DNA from: Nitrospinota bacterium
GTDB taxonomy: Bacteria; Nitrospinota_A; UBA7883; JACRGQ01
Length of the DNA stretch: 64,000 bases
NCBI GenBank assembly: GCA_016217735.1
Contig: JACRGQ010000059.1
Coordinates: forward strand, 5,208 to 69,207
Direction of reading: 5' to 3'
Of this stretch, positions 59,723 to 64,000 are shown piece by piece (within the stretch, counting starts at the first letter, position 1; every line of letters begins with the position of its first letter). The position numbers and the translations under genes were made by a program. The notes beneath the pieces are model-generated. The model had not been told where the DNA came from. It searched no databases and worked only from the letters and a program-made list of their open reading frames with translations.

Positions 59723-62200
59723 CTATTTCACGTGTACCGGTTTTACGTTCCAGATTTGTTCGGCGTACTCCTTGATGGTGCGGTCGCTGGAGAATTTCCC
59801 CATGTTGGCGGTGTTGAGGATGGACATCCTGTCCCAGCGGTCTTTGTCGCGGAAGGCGGCCGACACCTTATCCTGGCATTCGACGTAGGAGGCGTAGTCG
59901 GCCAGCAGCATGAAGTGATCCCCCCTATCGAGCAGGTTCTCCACGATCGGCGCGAACAGCGTTTGGTTGAACGGCGAGAAATAGCCGCCGCCGATCATGT
60001 CGAGCGCTTTTTTCAGTTCGGGGTTCGATTCGTAATAATCGCGCGGCCGGTAGCCTTTCGCCTTCAGATCGGCCACTTCGTCGGCGGTAAGGCCGAAGAT
60101 GAAGATGTTATCCTTGCCGACTTCTTCCATGATTTCTATGTTCGCGCCGTCCAGCGTGCCGATGGTAAGCGCGCCGTTGAGGGCGAACTTCATGTTGCCG
60201 GTGCCGGATGCCTCGAGGCCGGCGGTGGAAATCTGTTCCGAGAGGTCGGCGGCGGGAATCGCCTTTTCCGCCAGCGAAACCCGGTAGTTGTTCAGGAATA
60301 CCACCTTCAGTTTGTCCCCCACCTGCTTGTCGTTATTGACGACGTTGGCCACCGAATTGATCAGCTTGATGATCAGTTTTGCCGTGGTGTACGAGGGGGC
60401 CGCTTTGCCGCCGAAAATGACGGTGCGCGGCGTGTGGCCGTTTTTCGGACCGGCCTTGATGCGGTTGTACAGGGTGACGATGTGCAGCACGTTGAGCAGT
60501 TGCCGCTTGTATTCGTGCATGCGCTTCACCTGCATGTCGAAAAGCGTGTCGACGGAGACCGTTATGCCGTTCTCTTCCCTGATGTATTTCGCCAGGCGCT
60601 CCTTGTTGTCCCTTTTCGCCGCGCGCCACGCGGCGCGGAACGCGGCGTTCCCCGCCAGCGGAATCAGCCCCTTCAGCTTGTCGAGGTCGCCGACCCACCC
60701 GTCGCCGATTTTGCCGGTAATCAGTTTGGAGAGCGCCGGGTTGCATTTCCGCAGCCAGCGGCGCGGGGTGATGCCGTTCGTTTTATTGTTGAACCGTTCG
60801 GGGAATATATCGTAAAAATCCTTCATGACCTTGCTCTTCATCAGCTCGGTGTGCAGCGCGGAAACGCCGTTCACCGAGTGTGAGCCGACGATGGCGAGGT
60901 GGGCCATGCGGATCATTTTTTCCGGCCCCTCCTCGACGATGGAGACCCGCCGCAGCATTTCAGGGTCGCCCGGGAAGGTGTGCGATGCTTTTTCGAGGAA
61001 GCGCCGGTTGATCTCGTAGATAATCTGGAGGTGCCGGGGCAGGATGGCGCCCAGCATCGCGGCCGACCATTTTTCCAGCGCCTCGGGCATGAGGGTGTGG
61101 TTGGTGTAGCCGAAGGTCTTGACGGCGATGTCCCACGCCGCCTCCCAGCCATACCCCTCCTTGTCCAGCAGAATGCGCATCATCTCGGGAATGGCCAGCA
61201 CCGGGTGCGTGTCGTTGAGATGGATGGCTATTTTATCCGGGAAGGTCTCGAAGGTTTTGCTGTGCTTCTTGAAGCGCCGGCAGATGTCCTGCAGCGTGGC
61301 GCAGACAAGGAAGTATTGCTGTTTGAGGCGGAGCTCTTTTCCTTCCGCGAAGTGGTCGCTGGGGTAGAGAACTTTCGAGATGGTCTCGGACATCATCTTG
61401 CTTCCCAGCGCGCGGATGTAGTCGCCCTGATTGAAATAGCCGAGGTCGAAATCGCGCGACGAGCGGGCGGCCCAGAGCCGCATGTTGATGACGTGATTGT
61501 TGTTATAGCCGGGGATGGGGGTGTCGTAGGCCATCGCCATGACCTCTTCGGTATCCACCCATTCGTTGCGCAGTTTTCCCTGGTTATCGACGAACTGATC
61601 CACCCTGCCGTGGAAATGCACCGAAAAGAGGTGTTCCGGCCGCGCGAATTCCCACGGATTGCCGTGGCGGAGCCAGTTATCCGGCACCTCCACCTGCGCG
61701 CCGTCGACGATCTTCTGGTAGAAGAGGCCGTATTCGTAATGGATGCCGTAGCCATAGGAGGGTATCTCCATCGTGGCGAGCGAATCGAGGAAGCATGCCG
61801 CCAGCCGTCCCAGGCCGCCGTTGCCCAGCCCGGCGTCCCACTCCATCTCGCGGATTTCCTCCAGGTCGAAGCCGATTTGGTGCAAAGCGTCGTGGCAGGT
61901 GTCCATCATTCCCATATTGACGAGGCTGTTCCCCAGTGTGCGGCCGGTGAGAAATTCTAGCGAGAGGTAATAGAGCCGTTTGGCGTCGGATTCGTAATAG
62001 GCGTTTTGGGTTTTGATCCAGCGTTCGATGAGGCGGTCCCTGATGGCATAGGAGGCCGCATTGTAGTAGTCCCACACTTTCGCGCGCTGGGGATCTTTCG
62101 CCAGGGTGGAAACGATGTGATTTTTGATAAGGTGGATCAGTTTGTCGACTTCGGGATTTTTCGCCGCGTCAGCGTTCGTTCTCGCCACTTCTTTATCCAT
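59723..62200 (-). CDS. glgP: glycogen/alpha-glucan phosphorylase
   Basis: 825 aa with the PLP-site block EASGTGNMKFALNG and overall GT35 architecture. Confidence 0.95.
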   Translation of the reverse strand: MDKEVARTNADAAKNPEVDKLIHLIKNHIVSTLAKDPQRAKVWDYYNAASYAIRDRLIERWIKTQNAYYESDAKRLYYLSLEFLTGRTLGNSLVNMGMMDTCHDALHQIGFDLEEIREMEWDAGLGNGGLGRLAACFLDSLATMEIPSYGYGIHYEYGLFYQKIVDGAQVEVPDNWLRHGNPWEFARPEHLFSVHFHGRVDQFVDNQGKLRNEWVDTEEVMAMAYDTPIPGYNNNHVINMRLWAARSSRDFDLGYFNQGDYIRALGSKMMSETISKVLYPSDHFAEGKELRLKQQYFLVCATLQDICRRFKKHSKTFETFPDKIAIHLNDTHPVLAIPEMMRILLDKEGYGWEAAWDIAVKTFGYTNHTLMPEALEKWSAAMLGAILPRHLQIIYEINRRFLEKASHTFPGDPEMLRRVSIVEEGPEKMIRMAHLAIVGSHSVNGVSALHTELMKSKVMKDFYDIFPERFNNKTNGITPRRWLRKCNPALSKLITGKIGDGWVGDLDKLKGLIPLAGNAAFRAAWRAAKRDNKERLAKYIREENGITVSVDTLFDMQVKRMHEYKRQLLNVLHIVTLYNRIKAGPKNGHTPRTVIFGGKAAPSYTTAKLIIKLINSVANVVNNDKQVGDKLKVVFLNNYRVSLAEKAIPAADLSEQISTAGLEASGTGNMKFALNGALTIGTLDGANIEIMEEVGKDNIFIFGLTADEVADLKAKGYRPRDYYESNPELKKALDMIGGGYFSPFNQTLFAPIVENLLDRGDHFMLLADYASYVECQDKVSAAFRDKDRWDRMSILNTANMGKFSSDRTIKEYAEQIWNVKPVHVK

Positions 62201-62399
62201 CGCCGCCCCCTGTATTTTCCCGTAACAGTCAATACTGGTAAAACATCAGGCAACGTCCTGATATTTCACAGGCAATCCCGCTTGGGCTCCTCGTAACAGT
62301 CATTGTTTCAAATTCACCCCGATAATGCAAGATGCTGATGCTCCGCGAACGGGATGGCGTTTCCCCGCCAAACGTCCTGTTTGGCGGCGCTCCCTTGCC

Positions 62400-62720
62400 G
62401 GTCACGCACGAAACCGCCGTTCGAGTCCCGGTTGGCCCTTGCAAGGCGGGCGGTGCGGGAATAGGGCGAACTTGTTTGTTGAGCATGGTTGAAGGGAAAT
62501 ATGGTGGGCCCGCTTAAAAGGGACTCGGCCACTCTCGGGCTCGCCTCACGCTCGCCCTCCATCGGCCCCGGCTCGCTTCCTTGCCCCGCATCCATGCAGG
62601 TCAACACTCGCTTATCGCTCGTGTACGGAAGCTCGCTTTCGAGTCCTGGTGGGCCATCGCAAGGCATGCCATTAGCGTAAAATGCGAAAATTTGCGATAA
62701 GGAGAATCAAAGGGGAAATA
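62400..62720. repeat. degenerate tandem duplication (~219-bp period) of the tRNA-Met 3' end plus flank, with inverted T-arm/acceptor copies
   Basis: GGGAAATATGGTGGGCCC at 62494 and 62713. TTCGAGTCC(C/T)GGT(T)GGCC at 62419 and 62638. The 62638-62655 copy is a perfect 18-bp inverted repeat of tRNA positions 62726-62743. Confidence 0.55.
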
Positions 62721-62797
62721 TGGTGGGCCCACCAGGACTCGAACCTGGGACAGCCCGGTTATGAGCCGGGAGCTCTAACCAACTGAGCTATAGGCCC
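62721..62797 (-). tRNA. tRNA-Met (anticodon CAU); elongator, or possibly the Ile2-lysidine type
   Basis: Hand-folded. 5'-GGGCCTATAGCTCAGTTGGTTAGAGC..., loop CTCATAA. G1:C72 pair means it is not an initiator. CCA encoded. Confidence 0.85.
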
Positions 62798-62847
62798 ACG
62801 CGAAAAAAGAGCCGCGCGCCGTTGGCTGGCGCGGCGGCCCTTAATGG

Positions 62848-64000
<1,153 letters not shown>

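Noticed and set aside
59315-61960. 522-aa and 353-aa plus-strand ORFs over glgP
   Set aside because: Antisense of glycogen phosphorylase.

Overview
High-GC bacterial chromosomal segment, about 60-65% G+C by eye, gene-dense and mostly housekeeping. Recognisable genes include ygiQ (partial), sppA, rpsA, cmk, tyrA, carD-PIN/TRAM-ispD, flagellin, hemL, mtnP, pdxJ, a hybrid sensor kinase, an ALDH, cobA/hemD, an M23 peptidase, an HDAC-like amidohydrolase, a lone ABC ATPase, rho, fliN-fliM-fliL, two CPA antiporters with a PII-like gene and ptsN, dapB, an IMPase, mnmA, mtgA, rmuC, rsmD, glgP, rpoD (partial), tRNA-Leu(GAG) and tRNA-Met(CAU). Gene content (fliLMN, PilZ, TPR/REC proteins, frequent GTG/TTG starts) suggests a flagellated delta-proteobacterium or Desulfobacterota-like organism; this is inference only. 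Three visibly AT-rich insertions interrupt the backbone. (i) An island of about 4.2 kb between cmk and tyrA carries a type I R-M pair hsdS plus hsdM, and a HEPN/MNT toxin-antitoxin pair. hsdM is split exactly at a G10 homopolymer, and removing one G restores the full reading frame, so it is a candidate phase-variable gene. (ii) A single 335-aa PD-(D/E)xK-like gene lies between flagellin and hemL. (iii) A single 184-aa gene abuts a truncated MITE copy. Two families of structured intergenic repeats are present. One is a MITE family with GGATCCCCGC-N4-GCGGGGATGACA hairpin ends at four loci. The other is a three-hairpin element at two loci. The most unusual gene encodes a 1306-aa protein, a ParA/MinD-like P-loop ATPase fused to about 1000 aa of Glu/Arg/Lys-rich coiled coil. 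Other notable points: a 219-bp tandem duplication carrying the tRNA-Met 3' end, a cluster of five co-oriented lipoproteins with LPP20-like domains, a ptsN / PII-like / tandem CPA2 antiporter operon, and an HDAC-like gene translationally coupled to an ABC ATPase that has no permease. No CRISPR, integrase, transposase or rRNA was seen. The true gene is taken to be the ORF with homology, a signal peptide or an RBS; long antisense ORFs on the opposite strand were rejected.
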